Below, in pieces: positions 45,398 to 53,643 of a stretch of DNA of 59,955 nucleotides. The notes below the pieces were generated by a model. That model ran no database searches and was not told the DNA's origin. It saw only the letters and a list, made by a program, of their open reading frames with translations. The DNA is taken from positions 1 to 59,955 of IMG/VR virus record IMGVR_UViG_3300047409_000695, one strand, 5' to 3'. The stretch's first letter is position 1. Every line of letters starts with the position of its first letter. This DNA comes from a virus (lineage: Duplodnaviria; Caudoviricetes). The translations under genes and the position numbers were made by a program.

Positions 45398-45588
45398 GAC
45401 TGCACCGGCTTCGTCTTGCCGCGGCCGATGCCGCCGGCGAGCCCGCCCTTGCGACCCGCGGCCTTCGCCTGCTCTCGCGTCCACTCGTGTGCTGTGCCCT
45501 TCTCGTGCGCGGCCTTCCCGCCCTTGCTCGCGATCCGAGCCCGCTTGACCGGGTCCATGCCGGCGAACCCTCGATTGGCTGTGCTCAT
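45394..45588 (-). CDS. KGG-repeat stress-induced protein (YciG/GsiB-like)
   Basis: RGFAGMDPVKRARIASKGGKAAHEKGTAHEWTREQAKAAGRKGG. Confidence 0.9.
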   Translation of the reverse strand: MSTANRGFAGMDPVKRARIASKGGKAAHEKGTAHEWTREQAKAAGRKGGLAGGIGRGKTKPVQS

Positions 45589-45589
45589 C

Positions 45590-45784
45590 TCAATCCTCTG
45601 CTTCCCATTTGGCGTGTTCCGCGGGGAACCGCTTTTGAAACACCGTCTGGGCCACGACCAGCTTGTTCAACAACCCGTCGCAGAAGAGCCGAAGCTGCTC
45701 CGGGCCGAACTGCGCGCTCTCGAGCGTCTCTTTCAACTGCATCAGCGCGTCGTCTTCGCGATCCTGGCGATTCAGTCTCGGCAT
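45590..45784 (-). CDS. hypothetical protein
   Basis: MPRLNRQDRED, TGATG-coupled. Confidence 0.5.
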   Translation of the reverse strand: MPRLNRQDREDDALMQLKETLESAQFGPEQLRLFCDGLLNKLVVAQTVFQKRFPAEHAKWEAED

Positions 45785-46311
45785 CAGAACTCCGGTACGA
45801 AGACCCCTGGTCGCACTTCCTGGGGCTTGTGCCCGTTCACGTCGTACCAGACCACCGCGATAGCCAGGGCACTCCACTCGTGCGACTTCACGCCGAACAA
45901 CGGGCCGGGCGTTTTCTTCAACCCGATCGCCTGTTCCTTGTACGGCCCGAACCGCTCGATCAGCGCTTGCCGGACCGCCGCGTCGCCGCCACGAATCGCG
46001 CCCAGATGCCCGCGGACCTTCGACCTCAGAATCCGATCCCAGCGTCGAGGCTTCCAGGCCTGCGTAAACATGCCGGCCCAGAAGACGCTGTCGAAGACCT
46101 CGACGCCGACCCCGTGCGCGGTCGCAAACATCTGCATCTGTTCCGTGACGAGCACAACGTCGCCGTCATAGTGCCGGGCCGACTCCTTCGCCTGATCCAG
46201 CCGGACCAGCATCTCTTCGTTGTCGAGAATGTCTTTGTTCACAATCGACGTGCCGTTGAAGCTGACGAACGCGCTTTCCTTATGGCCAGGATCGATGGCA
46301 ATGACGATCAC
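45784..46311 (-). CDS. RuvC-like Holliday junction resolvase
   Basis: IAIDPG...LVTEQM...SHEWSALAIAV. Confidence 0.7.
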   Translation of the reverse strand: MIVIAIDPGHKESAFVSFNGTSIVNKDILDNEEMLVRLDQAKESARHYDGDVVLVTEQMQMFATAHGVGVEVFDSVFWAGMFTQAWKPRRWDRILRSKVRGHLGAIRGGDAAVRQALIERFGPYKEQAIGLKKTPGPLFGVKSHEWSALAIAVVWYDVNGHKPQEVRPGVFVPEF

Positions 46312-46580
46312 AGGACGATCCGTTCTTCGTGGGGCGGCATGGCCTGCGGCACGCGTTCCCAGTAGAGCCGGCGCGGCGACTTGCCGATCTGGATGTTCGT
46401 CCGAACGATCAGGCCGTCCTTCTGCAGCCGCGTCCACAACCCCTGACCCGCCGACATGCGAAACCCCAACTGCACGGCGACGTTGAAAATGTCGTTCGCG
46501 CGGAACAACGGCGTCGGCAGCAACGCTAGTGCTCTCGAGAGATCGCCGTCGGAGTAGCGGTGCCCCTTCACTTCAACCAC
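46308..46580 (-). CDS. winged-helix-like small protein
   Basis: GQGLWTRLQKDGLIVRT. Confidence 0.5.
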   Translation of the reverse strand: MVEVKGHRYSDGDLSRALALLPTPLFRANDIFNVAVQLGFRMSAGQGLWTRLQKDGLIVRTNIQIGKSPRRLYWERVPQAMPPHEERIVL

Positions 46581-46777
46581 CTGGCGTGACGTTCCGCCTC
46601 TTCGCGCTCGGCCCAGATCTGCTCGAGTCGCTCTTCAACTAACACCTGAATCGTGTTGGCCTTCGACCGATGCGTCTCTTTCATCAGGAACTCGACCTGC
46701 TCCATCTGGGTTTTCGCCAGCCGAAACGAGACCCGCTCGGTGCCAGGTTTCCACTGACCTCTCGGCAGCCCAGGCAC
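46568..46777 (-). CDS. ribbon-helix-helix-like regulator
   Basis: ERVSFRLAKTQMEQVEFLMKETHRSKANTIQVLVEERL; TAGTG-coupled. Confidence 0.6.
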   Translation of the reverse strand: MPGLPRGQWKPGTERVSFRLAKTQMEQVEFLMKETHRSKANTIQVLVEERLEQIWAEREEAERHARWLK

Positions 46778-46917
46778 TACTTCGTTCCTTTCGGGACGTT
46801 CCACTTCGGCGACTTACAGTTCGGGCAGACGTAGACGGGCGCCTTTCGCGGAATCCACGAATGGTCGCAGCGTTTGCAGTGCATCGTCGGAATGATCGGC
46901 GTGTCCGACTTACTCAT
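46777..46917 (-). CDS. 46-aa zinc-ribbon protein, first gene of the replication operon
   Basis: MSKSDTPIIPTMHCKRCDHSWIPRKAPVYVCPNCKSPKWNVPKGTK*; below the ORF-track cutoff. Confidence 0.7.
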   Translation of the reverse strand: MSKSDTPIIPTMHCKRCDHSWIPRKAPVYVCPNCKSPKWNVPKGTK

Positions 46918-46924
46918 GCGGAAG

Positions 46925-46954
46925 ACTATACGGATGATGATACGGAAGTGTCAA
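46925..46954 (-). promoter_or_regulatory. near-consensus sigma70 promoter (leaderless) with direct repeats
   Basis: TTGACA-N18-TATAGT, 7 nt before the ATG at 46917; atacgga twice around the spacer, cggaagtgt at 46943 and 46976. Confidence 0.75.
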
Positions 46955-46988
46955 GAGCGGGTGAACGATTCAGTGCGGAAGTGTGAAC

Positions 46989-47063
46989 TGGCTGGCCAGG
47001 GTGGATTCGAACCACCGACTTTCCGGTTAACAGCCGGACGTTCTGCCGCTGAACTACCGGCCA
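46989..47063 (-). tRNA. tRNA-Asn(GTT) with encoded CCA
   Basis: TGGCCGG TA GTTC AGCGGCA GAAC G TCCGG CTGTTAA CCGGA AAGTC GGTGG TTCGAAT CCACC CTGGCCA G CCA; complete 75-nt cloverleaf. Confidence 0.95.
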
Positions 47064-47145
47064 GTAGAGCACGCACGGTCGGAGTACCCGGACACCGGGG
47101 CGGCGTCCGTTTCCCAGTACCCGCGACCGTGCGTGGGAGCTCGAG

Positions 47146-47640
47146 TTACTTCGAGAGACCCGTCGTCGGGTGCACGTCGGGGGAAAGCCCGGCACCTTCC
47201 GTCGCGTCCGTGACCGGCGCGTCGATCGCCGGCTCGGCAATCGGAGCCACGGGCACCGTACCCGTCGGGGCCACCGGCGGCTCGCCAATCGGCGTCGGAG
47301 CCGGGGTCGGCGGCTGGAACGGCGCCACGGCCGCGGCGAGGCCGTCCGCGATGTCCTGCGCTTCGGATGCCAGTGCGTCCAACTGGGTCTGCGTGACCGG
47401 AGCGCCGGCCGCAAGCTGGGCCTGCAGATCCGCGATCGTCTTCGCCTGGGCGTCTGCCTTGGCCGACAGGTCGGTGACGACAACGATGATCTGGCCCGTC
47501 TCGGTCTTGATCGTGTCGAGGGTGTCCTGTAGGTTCTGTTCGCTCTTCATGATGCGATCCGCCTTTTCGTGCAGCGCCTTGAGTGAATGACGGTTGCCCA
47601 GTAGTAGCGCTCTCAACACTGAGAACCAACGGTACTCCAC
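47146..47640 (-). CDS. coiled-coil protein with Pro-rich tail
   Basis: KTIADLQAQLAAG...LDALASEAQDI; start uncertain. Confidence 0.55.
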   Translation of the reverse strand: MEYRWFSVLRALLLGNRHSLKALHEKADRIMKSEQNLQDTLDTIKTETGQIIVVVTDLSAKADAQAKTIADLQAQLAAGAPVTQTQLDALASEAQDIADGLAAAVAPFQPPTPAPTPIGEPPVAPTGTVPVAPIAEPAIDAPVTDATEGAGLSPDVHPTTGLSK

Positions 47641-47644
47641 CGCC

Positions 47645-48049
47645 TTACGCCTTCTTGTCCGTCGTGTCGACCTTGTCCTCGAGGGACGACAGAATATCGG
47701 CGACACCGCCCGTGATCTTCTCGACGCCGGCCTTGAACTTCACCGGGTCGCTGATCTTGTGCTTTGCCAGCAGGTCGGACGACAGAATGATCTGCTCCAC
47801 CAACGGCGCGGCCATGACGAGTTTCTGAGGCCCAGCGAGCGGCGTGCCGGCCGCGGTCGCCGCCGCCGCCGCAACCTCGATCGCCTGCACGATCCCGCTG
47901 ATCGAACTGAGGTCGTTGGCGACCTGCGTCACGACGCCGGCGTCCTTCGGGTCGATCATCTGGATGACCGGTGCCGCGAACGGCGCGATGCCCGTCGCGA
48001 TCTTCAACCCGGCGGCAGCAATCTGGCCGAGCTTCTTCAGGAATCCCAT
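47645..48049 (-). CDS. amphipathic helical (possibly membrane-active) protein
   Basis: MGFLKKLGQIAAAGLKIATGIAPFAAP; AAAGGA RBS. Confidence 0.65.
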   Translation of the reverse strand: MGFLKKLGQIAAAGLKIATGIAPFAAPVIQMIDPKDAGVVTQVANDLSSISGIVQAIEVAAAAATAAGTPLAGPQKLVMAAPLVEQIILSSDLLAKHKISDPVKFKAGVEKITGGVADILSSLEDKVDTTDKKA

Positions 48050-48063
48050 CTCGAACGTCCTTT

Positions 48064-48384
48064 CTACGGTTTTGGATCTTCGGTGACTTTGACTTCAGTC
48101 GTGTGGGCCGTGGTCTCCGTGATCGTGCTTGTCGTGCCTGGCAGGAACGACCCCAACGGGCCGAGTAGTTGCTTGACGTCGACGCCCGCGGCGAACAGCG
48201 CACCGACGAGGCCGAAGACGCCGGCTCTCCATAGTTGAGAAATCAGCTTCGGCTTGTCCCAGTCGTTGAACGACGCGATATCCGCAATCGCCGACGACCC
48301 GTACCACCCTGACACGATCAGGAAGGCGATGAACGCGATGAACAGCGATCGGTTCGTGTTCGTGCTTGTCGGCATCATGGCCAT
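48064..48384 (-). CDS. two-TM holin-like protein
   Basis: LFIAFIAFLIVSGWY and GVFGLVGALFAAG segments; tandem Met starts (MAMM). Confidence 0.55.
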   Translation of the reverse strand: MAMMPTSTNTNRSLFIAFIAFLIVSGWYGSSAIADIASFNDWDKPKLISQLWRAGVFGLVGALFAAGVDVKQLLGPLGSFLPGTTSTITETTAHTTEVKVTEDPKP

Positions 48385-48442
48385 GACGGTTCCCCTCGCG
48401 ACTGTCGGGTTGTGCGGGGGATTCTACACCGAAACCGTCGGG

Positions 48443-48742
48443 CTATTGGTGGTCCCGGATGCGATTCACGTCGGCCCGGAGTTCGTCGAGCCGAGCATCG
48501 GTAAAACGGAAGTGTTCTTCCTGGCGGACCTTCGTCATCTCGAGGTTCCCGATCCCGTCTTGAATCTCTCCCCATTTCTCGCTGAACCGCGTCGAGGCTT
48601 CGACGAACCGCTTCTCGAGGGACGTTAGGCGGGCCTCGATCGACGGTTCACCCGTGACGCGGCGCACGAACTTTTCGGCCGTGAGCAGGACGACGCACAC
48701 GAAGTTTATAAGGACCGTGACGCCGACCAGCGCGGCAATCAT
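48443..48742 (-). CDS. TM plus coiled-coil protein
   Basis: MIAALVGVTVLINFVCVVLL then heptads. Confidence 0.6.
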   Translation of the reverse strand: MIAALVGVTVLINFVCVVLLTAEKFVRRVTGEPSIEARLTSLEKRFVEASTRFSEKWGEIQDGIGNLEMTKVRQEEHFRFTDARLDELRADVNRIRDHQ

Positions 48743-48960
48743 CGGGCACTAGCCACCAGGATTATCTCGAGCACCGTGGTCGCCACGAACAGAATCCAGA
48801 CGACCGGTTTCAGGTCCGGCATGTAGTACTTCCGGTGCACGTCGACGACCCAGCGCCCGAGCCAGTTGCGTCGACGGTAGTAGTACGCCCGCGATCGGAT
48901 GCGACGGTCCATGTCGTCCTCTTGCCAGAGAAGAAACGTGGACGAGGGTCTATTCGCCAA
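48739..48960 (-). CDS. small membrane protein
   Basis: C-terminal VVWILFVATTVLEIILVA; start may be near 48912. Confidence 0.5.
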   Translation of the reverse strand: MANRPSSTFLLWQEDDMDRRIRSRAYYYRRRNWLGRWVVDVHRKYYMPDLKPVVWILFVATTVLEIILVASAR

Positions 48961-51235
48961 ATAACAACGCCTTCACTTTCGACATCTCACTCGGGGTCGC
49001 CTTGATCTCTCGGCCCGCGGACTCGAACGCCTTCTTCTGGGCCGCGGACATCGTCGAGGACTCGGCCTCTTCCGCCATGGTCCCGCCGAACTTCTTCATC
49101 AGTTCATCGAACCGCGTCGACGACAACAACTGGGCGACCTTCGGGTTCTGCCTCGCCGACGCGATGATCTCCATCGCCGCTTCAGGACTCCGCTCGGCCA
49201 GCTTCAAGATCATCCGGCCCGCCGGCAGAATCGGCATCTCGGCGCGCGCTTGCGGGTCGACCTTGCCGAGCCCCCGTTTCTGGCGATCGTCGTTCAGGGC
49301 CGTGGTTGCGGCGTCGAGTCGTGTCGGCCCGATCCCGGTCGCCTTCGATGCCGCGGTCGCTACGCGCTGATCGAACGACGGCTTCGCGTTCGACGCACTC
49401 GGCTTCCCCTGCGGACCCGCGGCCGGCGTGCTGCCATCCCCTTGCTGCTGCGGCTGATTCGCACGCCGGTACAGTTCGCCCAGCCGGATGATAGCCCCCG
49501 TCGACACCGCGGGGTTGTCCGCTTTGACACCTTCGATGAACCACTTCGTCGCCTGGGGATCGTGGATGACCCAGGTGAAGAAATCCGGAAACCCTTCCCA
49601 GGTGATTGCTGCGGCTGTCGTGCCAACCGTCGGATGGCCCATGGCCGTGGCGCCTACTGTTGAGACAATGCGGCCGATCTCGAAGATCTTCCGCAGGTTG
49701 CCGGCCATCGGCTCAGTTCGCTTCTCGAGCAGGCTCGCGACGCGCGTCAGGTTCGTGATGACCTTCTGTCCAGTCGGGTCGTTGAAGTCCTTTCCGATCC
49801 GTCCGCTCTCGACCGCCTTGCGAAGCCGGCCGGCCATGCCCGTGAGAATGTCGTGGGCATCGGCCTCGCTCGTGGGCACCGGCTTGTGCCCGAGGATGAT
49901 GTTCTCTCGCAGGTAGTCCCCGCGGACCAGGTCTCGGTACTGCCCCATCGCCTGCGCGAACTGCGGTGCCGCGGCGTTCAACGACTCCCGGAGCTTCCCG
50001 CGGAACAGCGTCGCCAGCCGTTGCTTGTCGTCCTTCGCGTAGAGCTCGTCCGCCGGCGTCGACATCGCGCGCAACGACTTGAGCTCTTCCCAGAGGCCTC
50101 GAGCCTTGGTCTGGTCTTCCATGCCGACGACACGACGTAACAGTTGTAACGTCGGCGACTTGTGCTTCTCGAGGATGGCGTCGGCGACCAGCAACATCTG
50201 CGGCCGTGGCAACCGCTGAATCAGCGTCGGGTCGTTCCGTAGCTGCCGGATGATCGCCGCGACCTTCGGATTGGCGACGTCCGGAACCGCCTTCAGATGC
50301 TGGACGATGCCTTTGTTCAGTTCGTCGACAGCCAGTTGTTTCACCGCCGTGACGTCGACGGGCGGCGCCTTGTCGGCCGCGAAGTCCAGGAGCTTGCCGA
50401 CCTGTTCTCGAGCGGCCTGCGCGGACCCCTTCGAGGTCGCCGTCGGTCCGCCCTTGATGCCCGGATGCCCGAGCAGGCTCAGCGCGTCGTCGATAACCTT
50501 CGTGGCCGCGGCCGTGCCCTTCTCACGCGTGATCCGCTGAATCGGACCGCCGCCGAACGACCCGGCCGAATAGGACTGGATGGTCTTTGCGATGTCACCT
50601 GGGATCGACCCGCTCGCGATCTCCGGTCCGGAAAGTCTCGTGCCAAGTGCGCGATCTTCCCGCAACGTCGACATGACCTGACGGTTATTCTTGAGAAAAC
50701 CGCCCCGACGCACCCATCCGAGCGGCGCCGCGACGCCCTGACCGAGCATCTCGGTCTCCATCTGGGTCGTCGCTTCCCCGCCGGCCTGCTTTGCCGTCTT
50801 CTCGGTCTCCTTCACGATCGACGGGTCCGGTGGGGGGATGCCGAACACGTCCTGGCCGATCTTCGTTTTGCCGGCCGTCTCTCGCAGTAAGAACTGGATG
50901 TAACGACCGTACATCCCGCCCGTACCGGCACCGACGACCGCCCCGCCGGCGACGCCTGGGGGACCACCTGGCGCCCCTGCCGTGCCGCCGAGCATCCCGC
51001 CCGCCGACGCTGTCACCAACGGCACCGACTCGTACAGCACACCGCCAGCCGGCCCGATCGACGCCGGCTTGCGCGGGTCGCCGAGGATCCCTTTCGGTTC
51101 GGTCTTCTTCTTCGGTTCGTCGGCTTGAACTGGGAACGCGCCCGGATCGAGACCGCCCCCGGCTGGCGGCGTCGCTTTGGCCGACGTGCCTTGATCCGGG
51201 AACGCTTTCGGGTCGAGCGTCTGGGCTTGCGCCAT
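48950..51235 (-). CDS. internal virion/DNA ejection protein
   Basis: 761 aa helical, Gly-zipper AGGMLGGTAG...GGAVVGAGTGG; last of three ejection-type genes. Confidence 0.6.
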   Translation of the reverse strand: MAQAQTLDPKAFPDQGTSAKATPPAGGGLDPGAFPVQADEPKKKTEPKGILGDPRKPASIGPAGGVLYESVPLVTASAGGMLGGTAGAPGGPPGVAGGAVVGAGTGGMYGRYIQFLLRETAGKTKIGQDVFGIPPPDPSIVKETEKTAKQAGGEATTQMETEMLGQGVAAPLGWVRRGGFLKNNRQVMSTLREDRALGTRLSGPEIASGSIPGDIAKTIQSYSAGSFGGGPIQRITREKGTAAATKVIDDALSLLGHPGIKGGPTATSKGSAQAAREQVGKLLDFAADKAPPVDVTAVKQLAVDELNKGIVQHLKAVPDVANPKVAAIIRQLRNDPTLIQRLPRPQMLLVADAILEKHKSPTLQLLRRVVGMEDQTKARGLWEELKSLRAMSTPADELYAKDDKQRLATLFRGKLRESLNAAAPQFAQAMGQYRDLVRGDYLRENIILGHKPVPTSEADAHDILTGMAGRLRKAVESGRIGKDFNDPTGQKVITNLTRVASLLEKRTEPMAGNLRKIFEIGRIVSTVGATAMGHPTVGTTAAAITWEGFPDFFTWVIHDPQATKWFIEGVKADNPAVSTGAIIRLGELYRRANQPQQQGDGSTPAAGPQGKPSASNAKPSFDQRVATAASKATGIGPTRLDAATTALNDDRQKRGLGKVDPQARAEMPILPAGRMILKLAERSPEAAMEIIASARQNPKVAQLLSSTRFDELMKKFGGTMAEEAESSTMSAAQKKAFESAGREIKATPSEMSKVKALLFGE

Positions 51236-51237
51236 GG

Positions 51238-52719
51238 CTACGGCGCTTCGGCCGCTGCTGGCGCCGCCTCAACCGGTGCCGTGACGAGGTAGTGCTTGAT
51301 GTTCGCTTCGTTGACCGGCAACCGGTTCTGTTGCAGGTACTGCCGGGCCGCGATGCGTCGACGTGGCGTGTCCTGGGTCTTCGTCGGCGTGTCGGACTGC
51401 CCGCCGCCGCCCCCCGCTTTCGGACCACCCTTGTTGTCGCTGCTCCCGCCTTTGTCGTCGGCCGGCGACACGGCCAGCCGGGCCTGCATCTCGACGACGT
51501 CCGGATCCTCGCCGCCCGACATCTCTTGAATCAGGTTCCGTCGAATCGCCTTTTCGTCGTCCTCGAGGCCGAGCGCTTTCAGGATCGTGCTTTCCTTGCC
51601 GGCGAGTGCTGCGGCTTGTTTGGTCGCCGCCTGGACGATCTTCGACGCCGCGGCCGAGGCCTTCGCCGCGTTCGCGCCCGGGCCGAGCGTCGCCGCCTTG
51701 TACTCCGTGATGGCCGCGCGATAGTTCGCCGTGTCGGACCCGGACATGCGGGTCGCCAGCAGGTACGGAAACGACTCCTGCATCTCGGCCAGGCGTTCCT
51801 TGCTTGTCAACAGGGCCGCTCGAGAGGACTGTAGGTACGCGTCGAGCCGTGTCGCGCGATCCCGTTGCAACTGACCGCGCTCGGTCTCCATCTGCTTGGC
51901 GGCAACGGCCGGCGCGCGGTCAGGCGGAATCCCCTGCGCGACCAACTGTTTCACGCGTTCGGCGAGCGCACCGGTTTGCTTCGGCCCGTTCGACGGCTGC
52001 TCGTAGATGACGTTGCCTTCAGGGTCTCGGACCTTGATCGTCCACTTGCCGTCGGCGTTCTGCGTCGGTTCCTTGTCGGCCGTGCCTTTCTTCCCGGTCT
52101 GCTGCAGGGCCAGTTCTTCCATCCGACGCCGATGGTTCGCCGCGGCCTGGGGTTCCGTGATCTCCGACTGCTGACGCTTCTGGAACGCGATGTTCTGGTC
52201 GTCCCGTTGCGACTGTGACAGGAACCGTGGCGTGTTACCGCCCGGCTTGGCTGCCGCCGGACCTGGCTGACCCGGCGTCGCTGCGGCCGGCTTCGGTGCG
52301 ACCGGCGTGCCTGGCGACATGGACGAATCCTGTTCCGTCTGGGCCTGTTCGGCCGTCGGTGCCGGTGCGCCGGTAGGTTGCGGCTGGGTATTCTGCGGTC
52401 CGCCGGCGGGCGCTCCGGTCGGCTGCTGCTGCGTCGCACCCCCGCCCCCGAACAGATGCTTCGTCGAGCCGATCAGCGTCTTGAGCATCGGCGGCAGGTC
52501 TTTCGGCTTCTTCCCAGACTTGCCGCCGTTCACCAGGAACTGAAAGGCGTCGTTCGGATTCTCGATCGTGCCCGACTCGATCCCGGCCGACACCATCCGT
52601 GTCAGCATCTCGTGGTCGGACTTCTCTTTTTCGTACTTTTGGTCGTTCTTCTTCTGGATGGCGGCTGCGACCCCGCTGGCGAGGTTCCCGAGCGCTTCGT
52701 ATCGCTCTTGGCCGGCCAT
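51238..52719 (-). CDS. internal virion/DNA ejection protein
   Basis: 493 aa, Ala/Gln/Pro-rich helical. Confidence 0.55.
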   Translation of the reverse strand: MAGQERYEALGNLASGVAAAIQKKNDQKYEKEKSDHEMLTRMVSAGIESGTIENPNDAFQFLVNGGKSGKKPKDLPPMLKTLIGSTKHLFGGGGATQQQPTGAPAGGPQNTQPQPTGAPAPTAEQAQTEQDSSMSPGTPVAPKPAAATPGQPGPAAAKPGGNTPRFLSQSQRDDQNIAFQKRQQSEITEPQAAANHRRRMEELALQQTGKKGTADKEPTQNADGKWTIKVRDPEGNVIYEQPSNGPKQTGALAERVKQLVAQGIPPDRAPAVAAKQMETERGQLQRDRATRLDAYLQSSRAALLTSKERLAEMQESFPYLLATRMSGSDTANYRAAITEYKAATLGPGANAAKASAAASKIVQAATKQAAALAGKESTILKALGLEDDEKAIRRNLIQEMSGGEDPDVVEMQARLAVSPADDKGGSSDNKGGPKAGGGGGQSDTPTKTQDTPRRRIAARQYLQQNRLPVNEANIKHYLVTAPVEAAPAAAEAP

Positions 52720-53381
52720 TACAGTGCCCCCAGCGCGGCGCCGGCGAGCTCACCGAGCCCCTTCCAGAACCCCCCGGAGCTTTGATTCGCCTGCTTCTGC
52801 TGCTCGAGCAACGGCCCCAGCGTGTCGGCCAGCGCCTTGTTCGCCGACTCTTCCGCGCTGAGCCCGGTTTTCGTGACGTCCGACCCGAGCTCGGCGAGCT
52901 TCGACGCCCCTTCCGATCGCGCCTGCGACGTGATGTCAGCGAGTTGCCCGGCTTCCTTCGATCGGCTCTCGAGCTCGGACGACGCCTGTCCACCGCCTCG
53001 AGCTCCGAACTGGCCGGCCGACCGGCGTGCCGCGTCGTACTGGTCGATGACCCGGCCGCGTTGTGGCTGCGTCGCCGCGAGCGCTTGTGACGGATCCCCG
53101 CTCGCCAGCGCCTTGAAGTAGTTCATGGCTGGGCCGAGCGCGTCGGTTCCTGCGCTGAACAGGCTCGAGCCCTGCCCTTGTAACTGGGACGCGCCCGCGT
53201 TGACCTTGTTGATCTGCGGTGAGATCTTGTCTTCGTTGTGCGTGCCGAAGAGCGCTCCGAGTAGACCACCCGCGGCCGGCGCGACCTTGCCCAGCTTCTT
53301 CCAAATGCTGTCGCCGCCGCTGTCGGAATTGTCGCTTCCGCCGCCGCTGCCTGTATCTTCCGGATCAGATCCGCCTGGCAT
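52719..53381 (-). CDS. DNA pilot/ejection protein (P22 gp7-like pattern)
   Basis: AAGGLLGALFG N-terminus and GFWKGLGELAGAALGAL C-terminus. Confidence 0.6.
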   Translation of the reverse strand: MPGGSDPEDTGSGGGSDNSDSGGDSIWKKLGKVAPAAGGLLGALFGTHNEDKISPQINKVNAGASQLQGQGSSLFSAGTDALGPAMNYFKALASGDPSQALAATQPQRGRVIDQYDAARRSAGQFGARGGGQASSELESRSKEAGQLADITSQARSEGASKLAELGSDVTKTGLSAEESANKALADTLGPLLEQQKQANQSSGGFWKGLGELAGAALGAL

Positions 53382-53406
53382 GGTTCGTGTCCTCGAAAGT
53401 ATACGA

Positions 53407-53643
53407 CTACGGCGGGGTCGGTTTGCCCGTCAGCCCCGTGATGTTCAACGGATGCGTCCCCGTCGCCGACAACGACTTCTGCACTTGCGCGAGTTGTGCC
53501 GGCGTAAACTGGTCGGCGCTCTTCCCGAATTTCTGTAACGCGACGATCGACTCTTCCAACTGGTTGATGTACCGCTGCGCTTTCTGCAGGGCATCCCGTG
53601 TCGTGCCGTCGACGCCGGAGAGCGATCCGAGGTCGAGTGGCAT
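53407..53643 (-). CDS. small tail-associated protein
   Basis: 78 aa coiled-coil, TAATG-coupled. Confidence 0.55.
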   Translation of the reverse strand: MPLDLGSLSGVDGTTRDALQKAQRYINQLEESIVALQKFGKSADQFTPAQLAQVQKSLSATGTHPLNITGLTGKPTPP

